IMG/VR virus record: IMGVR_UViG_3300046817_000092
Span: 1 to 58,677 of that record
Strand: one strand, 5' to 3'
Source of the DNA: a virus
Lineage: Duplodnaviria; Caudoviricetes
DNA: 58,677 nt
Numbering within the stretch: the first letter of the stretch is position 1; each line of letters starts with the position of its first letter. Below are positions 10,710 to 19,436 of this stretch, in pieces. The notes beneath the pieces were generated by a model that saw nothing but the letters and a program-made list of their open reading frames with translations, did not search any database and was not told where the DNA came from. A program made the translations under genes and the position numbers.

Positions 10710-11083
10710 GTTGCGGGTGATGCCTTCTCGTCGTTCTTCGCCAACTGGCCCATGAGTCCTCTGAGTGTTTCCTCGCCAGAGTCGGTTAACCTGTCCGACA
10801 ATAACAACTCAACAACCCACTTACTGAGGCTGGCCTTAACCGAGTCACTCTCACTGTGTTTCATGAGTGCACCGATGATATTCAATGCATCCGGCGCAAG
10901 GTCCTTCATACCCTTACGTGCGGCTTCTCTCATATCATCGAAGTTCTCGCAACTGGCAAACTCACCTATTAAGGCTGCGTTGGCCTGCGCTAACTTCTCG
11001 TTCTTATTACGTTCCTCATCCAGAAGTGACTGGAGTGCTTGCGCGGCTGAGTTGCTGGGGTTGCTTGGGTTCTCTTGTGACAT
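10706..11083 (-). CDS. probable terminase small subunit
   Basis: First gene of the late arm, all-helical, APDALNII..L..HSESDSVK pattern; GAAAGG RBS. Confidence 0.5.
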   Translation of the reverse strand: MSQENPSNPSNSAAQALQSLLDEERNKNEKLAQANAALIGEFASCENFDDMREAARKGMKDLAPDALNIIGALMKHSESDSVKASLSKWVVELLLSDRLTDSGEETLRGLMGQLAKNDEKASPAT

Positions 11084-11111
11084 AATTGCCTTTCACGTTT
11101 TTGCAGAGAGT

Positions 11112-11203
11112 TGCGGGACTAGGTGGTGGAAGTAAGGCAACCGAGTGAACTGGTCAACGTGTATTCGTGACCGCCAACGACGCCTTGCTAACCTAGCCCC
11201 GCA
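11112..11203 (-). promoter_or_regulatory. structured 5' leader of the late operon
   Basis: 12-bp stem (11112-11123 / 11192-11203) whose one mismatch is G-U on the minus strand, just upstream of the TerS RBS. Confidence 0.45.
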
Positions 11204-11277
11204 CCCGCATAATACACGTGTGCTGGGTTAAAATGACACTGACCGAGTGTTAGTAATTCATGAGAGAGAGTTGTTGT

Positions 11278-11360
11278 AGTTATGAAATGGAGTTTTTAAA
11301 AACACCAATTTTTGGATCGTGTTTAAGAGAGTTACGAAATGGGTATTTTAAAACAATCAA
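11278..11360. repeat. imperfect ~31-bp direct repeat pair in the divergent non-coding region
   Basis: AGTTATGAAATGGAGTTTTTAAAAACACCAA vs AGTTACGAAATGGGTATTTTAAAACAATCAA. Confidence 0.65.
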
Positions 11361-11847
11361 CTGGGTGACTGTACGCCGGCACGCGTTTATTACTTATAAA
11401 CAATACTTCTCTCTGACGCCATAGGAGCCCTTCTAACGTCACGCGACGTTCGAGCGGTAACTATGTTGCCTCTCGCCCGCGATGCCCTTAGCGTTACGCG
11501 TGTGACCTTACAGGGCTATCGTACGCGTGATACCTCACGTACACTCAATAAACCCTTATCACTTACAAAGATCAGTAGTTACTACTGATGTATTCGCTAC
11601 TTGACCTGTCATTATCCCTCGTGTTGTTGCTGTTGTTGGTGAGTCGGCTACGTGCTGTTAGTGGCGATTTCTTATTAGTCACTGTTTTCCTCACGTACGT
11701 GCGACGGGGGTACGTGGGCGATGCACACGTGCGCGGGGGAGATCCGCACCGGTACAGATGTACGCACGTAGTGTGCGCAGAGTCCAGGGCCACCACATCA
11801 CTAGCCTATCGTAGTGGCGCACGTTCACCACTAACGATTGGAGTACC

Positions 11848-11997
11848 ATGTATACAGTCGTAGTGTTTGATGCGTTGAATGGCGAGGCCGTCACAAGCCG
11901 AGACTTTGCTTTCGGTACTTGGGCAGAAATTGGCTTCTGGCTTGACCACTACGGTTACAACGATGATCGGTTCTACTTGAACATCAACTTTTCCTAG
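11848..11997 (+). CDS. small hypothetical protein (49 aa, MYTVVVFDALNG...), not in ORF track
   Basis: GGAG RBS, ATG..TAG. Confidence 0.6.
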   Translation: MYTVVVFDALNGEAVTSRDFAFGTWAEIGFWLDHYGYNDDRFYLNINFS

Positions 11998-11998
11998 C

Positions 11999-12028
11999 TT
12001 GACAGTACGTGCGTCACCACGATAGGCT
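11999..12028 (+). promoter_or_regulatory. sigma70/SigA-type promoter
   Basis: TTGACA-18 bp-TAGGCT. Confidence 0.65.
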
Positions 12029-12089
12029 AGTGAGTATGCAAAGGTTCAACGGCGCACCCTACTTCACTCTTACTCAGAATGGAGTAGTC

Positions 12090-12410
12090 ATGCCGGATTC
12101 AAAGATGATGATTCGTGCCGATGCCAAAGCAATCGGAATGGTGACTGCACTAAGCACCACCAACCGTCGCAAGCCTCGCACGTATCCTCGCGCAAGTGAC
12201 TGCATCACCTACACCTACAAGGGTGAGTACGTACCGCACAAGTCGATGGATGAGCGTGACCGCACCGGCGCAACGATCTTCAAGAGCGCAAGAGCGGAAA
12301 AGCGCGCAACGTCCAAGCGTTCTTCGAGTGCTTCTGCCCCGAAGCGTTATCTCACTTCGGACGATCATCGGATCATGCGGGAACTGCCCGCAATCAACAC
12401 AGAGTACTAA
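12090..12410 (+). CDS. basic hypothetical early protein
   Basis: Start moved to ATG behind GGAG (MPDSKMMIR...). Confidence 0.65.
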   Translation: MPDSKMMIRADAKAIGMVTALSTTNRRKPRTYPRASDCITYTYKGEYVPHKSMDERDRTGATIFKSARAEKRATSKRSSSASAPKRYLTSDDHRIMRELPAINTEY

Positions 12411-12472
12411 ACCGCTCAAGCCTTGTAGGGTGCGCTCTTGAACCTTTGTTACAACACAACAAGAAAGGTGTC

Positions 12473-12679
12473 ATGGGTACACTAACCCTTGCACAGATTG
12501 ATGCCGCGTTGGAAATTGATAACCGCGGCAAGGCACCGAAAGCCGCTCGTTGGTTCGATGGTAACGAATGGCATAGCACCAATCCGCCGACTGGCTATAC
12601 TATCGGCATCTTTGAAGGTAAGGCCGGTAAGTCTCGCCGCTTCATCACTACTCGTTCGGTCGTTGCATACAAGCCTTAG
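12473..12679 (+). CDS. hypothetical early protein (MGTLTLAQIDAALE...)
   Basis: AGAAAGGTG RBS then ATG 12473. Confidence 0.7.
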   Translation: MGTLTLAQIDAALEIDNRGKAPKAARWFDGNEWHSTNPPTGYTIGIFEGKAGKSRRFITTRSVVAYKP

Positions 12680-12762
12680 TTGTTAGAACAGCCGATAGGC
12701 GCCGCGATAACGCGCTTAATCGTCCTATCGGCTATTCCAACTACTTAAGGGGGTGATAATAA

Positions 12763-12861
12763 GTGTTCAATCTGCCTCATCATGAATTGCGAGTTATTGT
12801 CGCGGTTATCCTGCTTTATGTACTAATGTTCGTGATATACAAGATCGCCGACCGCGCCTAA
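12763..12861 (+). CDS. 32-aa single-pass membrane peptide, not in ORF track
   Basis: AAGGGGGTGA RBS, GTG start, hydrophobic VIVAVILLYVLMFVIY. Confidence 0.6.
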   Translation: MFNLPHHELRVIVAVILLYVLMFVIYKIADRA

Positions 12862-12964
12862 CCCGCTAACGCGCCAATGATCCGCGATTTTAGTCGGATC
12901 GGCATGATTTTGCTAGCCTTTTTGTTGTTCCACCAGTCGCAGCCCCTTAAAGGGAAAAAGCTAA

Positions 12965-13078
12965 GGTGGATAACACGGATAACACGGATAAGTAGTACGT
13001 TTCTGTAGTATAATCACGTAGAGTATACTATAGGGTACAGACTGACGAATATTTGAGCCCGCAAGTATCTACTTATCC
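12965..13078. repeat. GGATAA iteron-like cluster, candidate replication origin
   Basis: GGATAACAC-GGATAACAC-GGATAAGTAG tandem plus inverted CTACTTATCC at 13069-13078, in a non-coding gap. Confidence 0.5.
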
Positions 13079-13219
13079 AAGTTCTTAAAGTTCTGACGAG
13101 CAAACAAGGTCGTAACTTTATCGAACAATCAGGTTCGTGAGGTTAGCAGCATAAGGTTTCCTAATGTGGACGAATACACCACATAAGAAATCCTGATCCC
13201 ACCACCCCGCGAATCAGGC

Positions 13220-13248
13220 TTGACATGCGAGTCCGAACCTGCTAGAGT
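13220..13248 (+). promoter_or_regulatory. sigma70/SigA-type promoter with extended -10
   Basis: TTGACA-17 bp-TAGAGT, TGn before -10. Confidence 0.7.
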
Positions 13249-13307
13249 TCTAATCACGGCCGGACGATTCCAGTCGGCCCGAGCTAACTTTTTTGACCAC
13301 ACTCACC

Positions 13308-13444
13308 AGATAGGCTTAATAAGGCACATAAGTAAGACGGTAGCACCTGACCCCATAAACCGCTCCGGTTACCCCGGATCGAACGTCAGTCATACCGCGA
13401 CCAATAAGCACAACGGTCACTTGTGTGTCTTATTAAGTCAATCT
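13308..13444 (+). ncRNA. long-stem structured RNA cassette
   Basis: ~26-bp closing stem with three G-U pairs, nested inner stems, ends at the RBS of the 13462 gene. Confidence 0.6.
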
Positions 13445-13461
13445 AGGAAGGGGGTGATAAG

Positions 13462-13677
13462 ATGGACGAACGAATGCGAATTGCAGAAATTAACGTGAAG
13501 GTAGGCGGAACTACGCCTAACGATGCAAAGCGTATTATGCGGCAAGCAGAAAAGGCTTTGCAGTCAGTCGAAGGGCTAACAGTAACGTCAATGTGGCTAG
13601 TTCGTGAAACGAACGTGCCACTAATTGACGAAGAACTTGATTCCGTGCTAAGACCAAAAGACGATTGGATACGCTGA
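13462..13677 (+). CDS. hypothetical protein
   Basis: 71 aa, AAGGGGGTGA RBS. Confidence 0.7.
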   Translation: MDERMRIAEINVKVGGTTPNDAKRIMRQAEKALQSVEGLTVTSMWLVRETNVPLIDEELDSVLRPKDDWIR

Positions 13678-13767
13678 CTAGAGTGAGGCTGTTAGGGTAA
13701 ATCCGGCGAGTCACATGGAATTGACCATGCGCTTATTAAGTGGATGCGGAATCGCACCCGTCGGTAC

Positions 13768-13796
13768 TTGACAGTCTCACGGTAGTCTGGTACAAT
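13768..13796 (+). promoter_or_regulatory. sigma70/SigA-type promoter with extended -10
   Basis: TTGACA-17 bp-TACAAT. Confidence 0.8.
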
Positions 13797-13850
13797 GCCA
13801 CTAGATCGTTAAAACAAACCGCAAACAGACATCGGAAGGGGGTGAACAAT

Positions 13851-14207
13851 ATGTCAGACATGATTCTTTCACTTGCTGAGATTGATGCAATCCTCGCAGA
13901 GCCGCGTCGTACTCGCGGTGAGTACAAGCCGGTTGTGACTAACTTCGCTGATTCCGGTGAGATTGCAATGGATCTCACGGCTCGTTTTCCTGGTAAGACC
14001 GCTGCAAGTCTTAAGCAGTCGGTCAATGTTAACATCGAGAAGCATGGTGTTAAGGAGAATTGGCCCGCATTCAAGCTGCTTATCACTGGTAAGGATGATG
14101 AGTCCACTGGTGAGAAGGCTACGCTGCTTCTCGTTAATCTCGATGCCCACGCTGCTGCTACGGCCGCTGCTAAGGCTGCTGAGGTCGATACCGACGACGA
14201 CGAGTAA
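13851..14207 (+). CDS. early protein, paralog family member 1 (MSDMILSLAEIDAIL...)
   Basis: AAGGGGGTGA RBS then ATG 13851; similar to the 21412 and 23092 proteins. Confidence 0.75.
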   Translation: MSDMILSLAEIDAILAEPRRTRGEYKPVVTNFADSGEIAMDLTARFPGKTAASLKQSVNVNIEKHGVKENWPAFKLLITGKDDESTGEKATLLLVNLDAHAAATAAAKAAEVDTDDDE

Positions 14208-14336
14208 GAACTAAGGGTCAGTCCAGCGGTAAAGATCGGATGTAGTGGCTGGAGTTAGGCCGATTACCCTTAGTAGTCCAGCTAACTAACGGGTCAAGCC
14301 GAGTTAGCTAATCGAAACAACGTAAGGGGGTGAATA

Positions 14337-14630
14337 ATGCATTACGTGATGAAGTATGAGGTCTACCAACAGTACGGTGGGCCGGAGGAAGGCGGATGGT
14401 GGTATGAGGAGGGTATTGCACAATGGCGATTCCCGATTCCTGTACCGTCCCAAAGTCTCGCCTACAGACTGTGCAGGGTTCTTAACGACCGCGAACACGA
14501 ACGTCGTAAGACTGAGTGTGATTATGAGTACACTTCAGTCTTGAGTGATCGTGATACGTTCTACGGTTACGGTATTGCTGATACATTCCGGCCGCAGAAC
14601 TACCCAGAGCTTAAACCGCATTACGAGTAA
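14337..14630 (+). CDS. hypothetical phage protein (YGGPEEGGWWY motif)
   Basis: 97 aa, strong RBS. Confidence 0.75.
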   Translation: MHYVMKYEVYQQYGGPEEGGWWYEEGIAQWRFPIPVPSQSLAYRLCRVLNDREHERRKTECDYEYTSVLSDRDTFYGYGIADTFRPQNYPELKPHYE

Positions 14631-14645
14631 GTTTCACGACAACGC

Positions 14646-14674
14646 TTGACAATCGCACCAACCTGTGCAAGAAT
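14646..14674 (+). promoter_or_regulatory. promoter overlapped by an inverted repeat
   Basis: TTGACA-17 bp-AAGAAT with TGn; CTTGACAAT...ATTGTCAAG palindromic arms. Confidence 0.55.
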
Positions 14675-14717
14675 TGTCAAGTAAGGAAACCGCGAACGAG
14701 GGAAGGGGGTGATTGCC

Positions 14718-14930
14718 ATATATACCGACACCAACTTCAAGACTAAGAAGGCACTTAAAGAGGCTGTTGCCGACGGTAAGGAAGTGACCGTATTTCAGCC
14801 TAACAACATCTTTGGTAACCCAACACCGAAAGACGGTAACATCACACTGGAAGGGCCGCACTATCCTGCACCACATTCCTGGTACGCTCAGGCTACGCTT
14901 AAGGATGGCCTGGTCATTAAGGTGAAATAA
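14718..14930 (+). CDS. hypothetical phage protein (NFKTKKALKEAV...EGPHYP.PH.WYA), probable ATA start
   Basis: The annotated GTG lies inside the RBS; ATA sits at the spacing used by sister genes. Confidence 0.7.
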   Translation: MYTDTNFKTKKALKEAVADGKEVTVFQPNNIFGNPTPKDGNITLEGPHYPAPHSWYAQATLKDGLVIKVK

Positions 14931-14962
14931 GTAACAAGCAGGGGTGCGGCTGCACAACGCAC

Positions 14963-15087
14963 AGTAGGGTTAATGAAGCAATTAGGATGGATATGAGGGG
15001 CGACAATTGCAGCCAAATCGTCCGTCCTTGCTGCAAGGAAAAGCGATCGGACAGATCGCCTGTTCTAATTGTCTCATTAACTCTATT
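14963..15087 (+). ncRNA. long-stem structured RNA cassette
   Basis: 28-position stem with six G-U pairs and one mismatch; two inner hairpins; followed by CAACGAAAGG RBS. Confidence 0.65.
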
Positions 15088-15110
15088 CAACGAAAGGGGG
15101 TGAACAAACA

Positions 15111-15560
15111 ATGAAGTATTCCGAGTTGGATGCCACGATCGTAAACCTGCGAGAGTGTGCTGATTGGCTTGAGTCTAATCCAAGGGCTATCGAATTGCCC
15201 GCGATGAGGTTTGAGTCACAAGAGCGGATTTACGAGTATGCTAAGAACGCTGATGGTACTACGGATTGGGAGACGGTTAACGAGTTTGCCGTCCGTAGTA
15301 AGATGCGTCAAATCGCGAAAGCTCTGCGCAACGCTACGAAGGATTATTCCGGTCACGTCTTTAGGCTTACTAAGACGTTCGGTGATAGTCGATGGTCTAA
15401 GGGTTCTGTTACACTTGACTTCACTTCGGATCGTAACGCAATCTGCCGTAAGGTAGTCAAAGAGACTAAGCTTATTCCAGAAAGGACAGAGGTTTATCCT
15501 GCTAGGACAGAGGAAGTGGTAGAGTGGGTGTGCGACGACGCACTACTCGCCTCTAAGTAA
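15111..15560 (+). CDS. hypothetical phage protein
   Basis: 149 aa, strong RBS, C-terminal EEVVEWVC. Confidence 0.75.
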   Translation: MKYSELDATIVNLRECADWLESNPRAIELPAMRFESQERIYEYAKNADGTTDWETVNEFAVRSKMRQIAKALRNATKDYSGHVFRLTKTFGDSRWSKGSVTLDFTSDRNAICRKVVKETKLIPERTEVYPARTEEVVEWVCDDALLASK

Positions 15561-15596
15561 GTTAAAGGACGTAAAGAGGGTACGATACAGATTCGT

Positions 15597-15762
15597 GCCC
15601 CCGGAGTGACTATTAGTGAGTTCATCACTTAACAACTCGTTAAACCCAAAGGTTAATATCCCGTTCACAGGATAGATACCGCGTGTTCAGGTAGAGTTGG
15701 CTAGTAGAGTTGACTTCACTCAGCCACGTATAAGGTCGCAGGTTTGAATCCTGCCGGGGGCT
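15597..15762 (+). ncRNA. tRNA-like RNA with enlarged core
   Basis: 7-bp acceptor GCCCCCG/CGGGGGC, T-arm GCAGG-TTTGAAT-CCTGC, AGGTC variable loop, ~130 nt between acceptor 5' strand and variable loop. Confidence 0.65.
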
Positions 15763-15817
15763 GCTCTTTACCTAGTAACGAGGCGTCATAATCCACGCCT
15801 ACCTTTAACACTAGCTC

Positions 15818-15961
15818 GTAAGGGCTAGTGGGATTTAGTGAAGTGTTACAAGGAATGACAAAGGAAGGCCCGCTGCAACGGTTAACCTTCTACAAATCAT
15901 TCGCTCTTGCAGGAGAATCCGGCTTTCGTCGGCACATTCACTAAGTCCCACTAGCTCTTAC
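15818..15961 (+). ncRNA. long-stem structured RNA cassette
   Basis: GTAAGGGCTAGTGGGATTTAGTGAA / TTCACTAAGTCCCACTAGCTCTTAC, 25 bp with two G-U pairs; rod-like interior plus side hairpin. Confidence 0.65.
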
Positions 15962-15965
15962 AAGC

Positions 15966-16130
15966 CTAACGTCGATTGTACCTGTTACCGCAGATAGTAA
16001 GACAAAGCCCTAAAGGTTGATGCATAAATGGTTAGGTGCCAAATTAGAGGCATAAAAGAATGATCCGGTTAAACTCCGCGCATTACCTAATCCGCTAGCT
16101 GCTACTTCTGCCATTAGAGGGAGACGTTAG
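15966..16130 (+). ncRNA. possible structured RNA
   Basis: CTAACGTC/GACGTTAG closing stem, nested GCAGATAGTA/TACTTCTGC; no credible ORF. Confidence 0.4.
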
Positions 16131-16136
16131 AACAAA

Positions 16137-16257
16137 AGTAGAGTTAATGAGCTAATAGCCGGAACCGAAGTGACCTGACACTGACTAAGAGGAAGTGACT
16201 AGCCTCCGGTGATTAGGTGCCTAGTCAGCAGATGGTTATTAGCTCATTAACTCTATT
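16137..16257 (+). ncRNA. long-stem structured RNA cassette
   Basis: 24-bp stem with two G-U pairs, inner CTGACTA/TAGTCAG; ends at the AACGAAAGGAGG RBS of NADAR. Confidence 0.65.
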
Positions 16258-16278
16258 AACGAAAGGAGGGTAGACACC

Positions 16279-16701
16279 ATGATAGGAGCATTCTCGGGAA
16301 AGTGGAAAGGATTATCTAACTTTGAACCTTGCGAAATAGTCTGGGAAGGGTTAAGATTTCCAACTACTGAACATGCTTTTCAGGCTGCTAAGACACTTGA
16401 CATGGATGAGCGTCATGTGATAAGATTGATGAAATCTCCTGGTCAAGCTAAACGTGCTGGACGAGTTGTTACACTTAGACCGAATTGGGAGGAAATCAAG
16501 ATTCCCACAATGGAACAGATTGTTAGACTCAAGTTCATTCAACCTGAGTTCAAAGAATTGTTACTTTCAACTGGTGAACAAGAATTACAAGAGGGTAACT
16601 GGTGGGGTGACACGTTCTGGGGTGTCTCCATCCAAACAGGTAGAGGCCGTAACGAGTTAGGTAAGATCCTAATGAGACTTCGTGAATCGCTTGAGAGTTA
16701 A
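16279..16701 (+). CDS. NADAR (YbiA-like) family hydrolase
   Basis: LSNF, PTTEHAFQAAK, K..GR, LLSTG..EL.EGN.WGDTFWG, G.N.LGKILM.LR motifs. Confidence 0.92.
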   Translation: MIGAFSGKWKGLSNFEPCEIVWEGLRFPTTEHAFQAAKTLDMDERHVIRLMKSPGQAKRAGRVVTLRPNWEEIKIPTMEQIVRLKFIQPEFKELLLSTGEQELQEGNWWGDTFWGVSIQTGRGRNELGKILMRLRESLES

Positions 16702-16702
16702 G

Positions 16703-16731
16703 TTGACACAGAGGCAGAATGCTGCTAGACT
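16703..16731 (+). promoter_or_regulatory. sigma70/SigA-type promoter with extended -10
   Basis: TTGACA-17 bp-TAGACT. Confidence 0.75.
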
Positions 16732-16817
16732 GTATAATCAACGGCATGGTGTCAACTCACCATATCGCAGACTTTTCCACGGTATAGCATATATAGCTAG
16801 AAGGGAGGTTTACCGCC

Positions 16818-17066
16818 ATGTACGATGATGAAGGTTACGACGATTACGACCGCGATGATGACGAATACCGCATCGACTTTGCTAATCCTGGCTCTGCACT
16901 AAGAGCCGCATCGGCATCAAATCCCCGTAACTTGCCTTGTCCTAGTTGTCACTGGCCAAACCGCTTGACGCCAGAGGATGTTGCACACCACTATCAGTGT
17001 GATAGTTGTGCCAACGCTGCTGAAACAGGCCGTGACATTGACTACTACGAAGGTGATGATGAGTAA
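16818..17066 (+). CDS. small Zn-ribbon protein
   Basis: CPSC...CDSC; GGGAGG RBS. Confidence 0.7.
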   Translation: MYDDEGYDDYDRDDDEYRIDFANPGSALRAASASNPRNLPCPSCHWPNRLTPEDVAHHYQCDSCANAAETGRDIDYYEGDDE

Positions 17067-17086
17067 TTATGGGAGGGTGATTCATA

Positions 17087-17248
17087 ATGGGTTGGGTTGT
17101 TGTTATTCCATCAGTCGGTAAATCTCCAAATCTGCACAAGTTGTTGGGGTATGAGGTTATCAGAGACGTGTCAGTTTCTGCCACGATGACCGCTATTGCA
17201 CTTGATCGTGCGGCAACTAAAATCGACAGGTCTTTTAACCGCAACTGA
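17087..17248 (+). CDS. small hypothetical protein (53 aa), not in ORF track
   Basis: GGAGGGTGA RBS, ATG..TGA. Confidence 0.55.
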   Translation: MGWVVVIPSVGKSPNLHKLLGYEVIRDVSVSATMTAIALDRAATKIDRSFNRN

Positions 17249-17258
17249 CCGCTTTATC

Positions 17259-17342
17259 GCCCCGATGGTGGAATTGGCATACACAACAGACTTAAAATCT
17301 GTCGCCTGTAAAGGCTTGAGGGTTCGAGTCCCTCTCGGGGCA
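17259..17342 (+). tRNA. tRNA-Leu(UAA)
   Basis: GCCCCGA/TCGGGGC acceptor, ACAGA-CTTAAAA-TCTGT anticodon arm, long variable arm, GAGGG-TTCGAGT-CCCTC; no encoded CCA. Confidence 0.95.
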
Positions 17343-17359
17343 TTCATCTACAAAGAAAG

Positions 17360-19392
17360 GTGGTGAATCTAATGAGTGATGATGCAATTATTATCGACAC
17401 GCCTGATGGTATTGAGGCTTATCGACTTTTGGCTATTAAGGGCCGTCTATGGCTTGAGTTGAAGGGTATTCACTTTAAGCCACTACCGGGTTACGGTTCA
17501 ACATTCTCTTACGTCAAAAAGACGTATGGATTTAAAGGCCCCAAAGTTGATGTATACTATCGGTACGTTGCTATGCTCAAGGAGAGAGGAGTGTTACAGG
17601 AAGATGTATGTGACTAAGACACCTGCTGAGAAAGAAGGGTTTGTTGTACTTAAGTGCAAACCTTGCACAGTGTGTGGTACTACAAAAGAGTTCACACTTA
17701 ATGATATGGCTGTAGCTGCTTGGGAGGCTGGTGGGCATATTCAGAAGGTTATGCCAGACTTGACCCAAATGGATCGTGAGACACTTATCTCTGGGGTTTG
17801 TAGTGATAAGTGTTGGGACGAGTTGTGGGGTGAAGGGTTTGAGTAAGCCATTCGATCACACTGATCCTAATACATTCGTTAGGAATCAAAAGGTGTGGAT
17901 TATGATTGATGGTAAGCGTGTTATGGGAATTTATGATGAACCTAGCGGTGATGGTTTTCACTACGTACACACAGTTGAGACACCTGCTGGTTCATACAGA
18001 GCAACATCATCGGAAGTCACTGAACGTCACATCTAACGAAAGGAGTTAGCATGAAGTATCTAGTTCTTAGGAATGAGGCAATTCACCGTAAGGGTCGGAA
18101 GTCTCAGATGAACAGTAGCATGTTTCCGATCGAGATTGAGGTTGAAAACTATAGAGCGATGGAGTATAGTTCAGAACAAATCGTGCGTATGGCACTTGAT
18201 ACCATCAACCCCGGTTATGTGGGCATGTATGAGTATGTGGTAGTCCCCATGTTCAATGCAAGCGTAGTCCAGTTTAGGCCGGTTAAGCCTCAGCTTGATG
18301 TTCAGGTTAAAGCATACGACGACTCAAGCCGAGTTAGGTAAGCCATGTCATTCACGTTTAGGACAGACACCGCAATTGGTGAACACTACTTCGAGAAGCC
18401 TAGTTGGGCTACCGATGCTTTCGTTCTTGTGGTGGATATGCCTGGTCGTGCAACATTGGACGTACTGAGGACGAATCTATCTGAGTGGATTAGACAGATT
18501 GATGAGATTAGAAAGCTAATGAAACCGCTAGGAGAATGGGATGAGGACTAAAGCTCTCCTACATACCACTACCTGTGCAGATTGTAAAAGAGAAGATCCG
18601 CCGGTTGTTAAAGCCGCAGCAGTAACAATCTGCATTAATGGAATACCGCGAGGATTTTGCGTACAACATCTAATCGACCATAAGGACCCAAAGGTGCGAG
18701 CCGCTATTAAGGGTGAAGCACCTGAAATTGAAGCACTTATTGAGGAACTGATGATGAAGGGAGTGTGATGCATAGAAACAATAGCCCACTTCGTGCGTAC
18801 ATTATGTATGCGCAACTTAACAATGTTACAGAAGCTGAGGGTTGGAAGATTTGGAACAGGGTTCTTAATCCTGGTGCCAACTCCGAGTTCTTTAGAATTG
18901 AGTGGGATAAGTGTAAGAATGGTCATTCCGACTATGACTTTGAGTTGCAGAAGTTGAACTTAACCATTCACGACAGGAGAGAGGATTAACGTGTCAAAAA
19001 CACCACGAACATTGGTCTTACGTAAGAGTGTTGGGCCATATAGTGCTGGCACCCCAATGAATAAGGTAGACTATGGTGGAGTCATTGATTTGAGTTTAGT
19101 AGAGATGTTGCGTTCACGCACAGATATTGTGCCTGCTGAGAACCGCTCAACTAGACGTGCAAAGAGTGGTAAGAAGCTAGTCTATGATATGCTCCATGCC
19201 AATTTTAACACCAATGCGTAACGGTGGGGTATATTGTACTACCGAAACAATTAAAACGTATTCAAGAGTTAAGCACAACCGCGGAAAGTATTGAGTTGTT
19301 ATGGTTGCCTGGAGGCATACTTCTAATCACTTGGATAAAAGGTCAAGCCCACAGACACCGAATCGACAGGGATGGGGTTGTAAAAGATGAAT
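17360..19392 (+). CDS. run of about nine closely packed small hypothetical early genes (17360, ~17604, ~17839, 18051, 18345, 18541, 18765, 18991, 19224), several with CxxC motifs
   Basis: Overlapping or abutting ORFs, most with RBSs; no function recognised. Confidence 0.6.
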
Positions 19393-19436
19393 AATCTAGT
19401 ATGGCATCTGTATGAGAAGGTGGTGATTAACAAGCA

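Noticed and set aside
11572-11894. Three overlapping short ORFs in the divergent region
   Set aside because: No RBS, low-complexity translations; the credible gene begins at 11848.
12678-12745. Hairpin counted as a G-U-supported RNA cassette
   Set aside because: The inverted repeat is real and precedes an RBS, but its mismatches are A-C/T-T on the plus strand, so it does not support RNA-level selection and was left out of that evidence.
15597-15762. tmRNA or intron-containing tRNA
   Set aside because: Lacks the GGGG...UCCACCA ends and G3-U70, shows no tag ORF, and is too short for a self-splicing intron.
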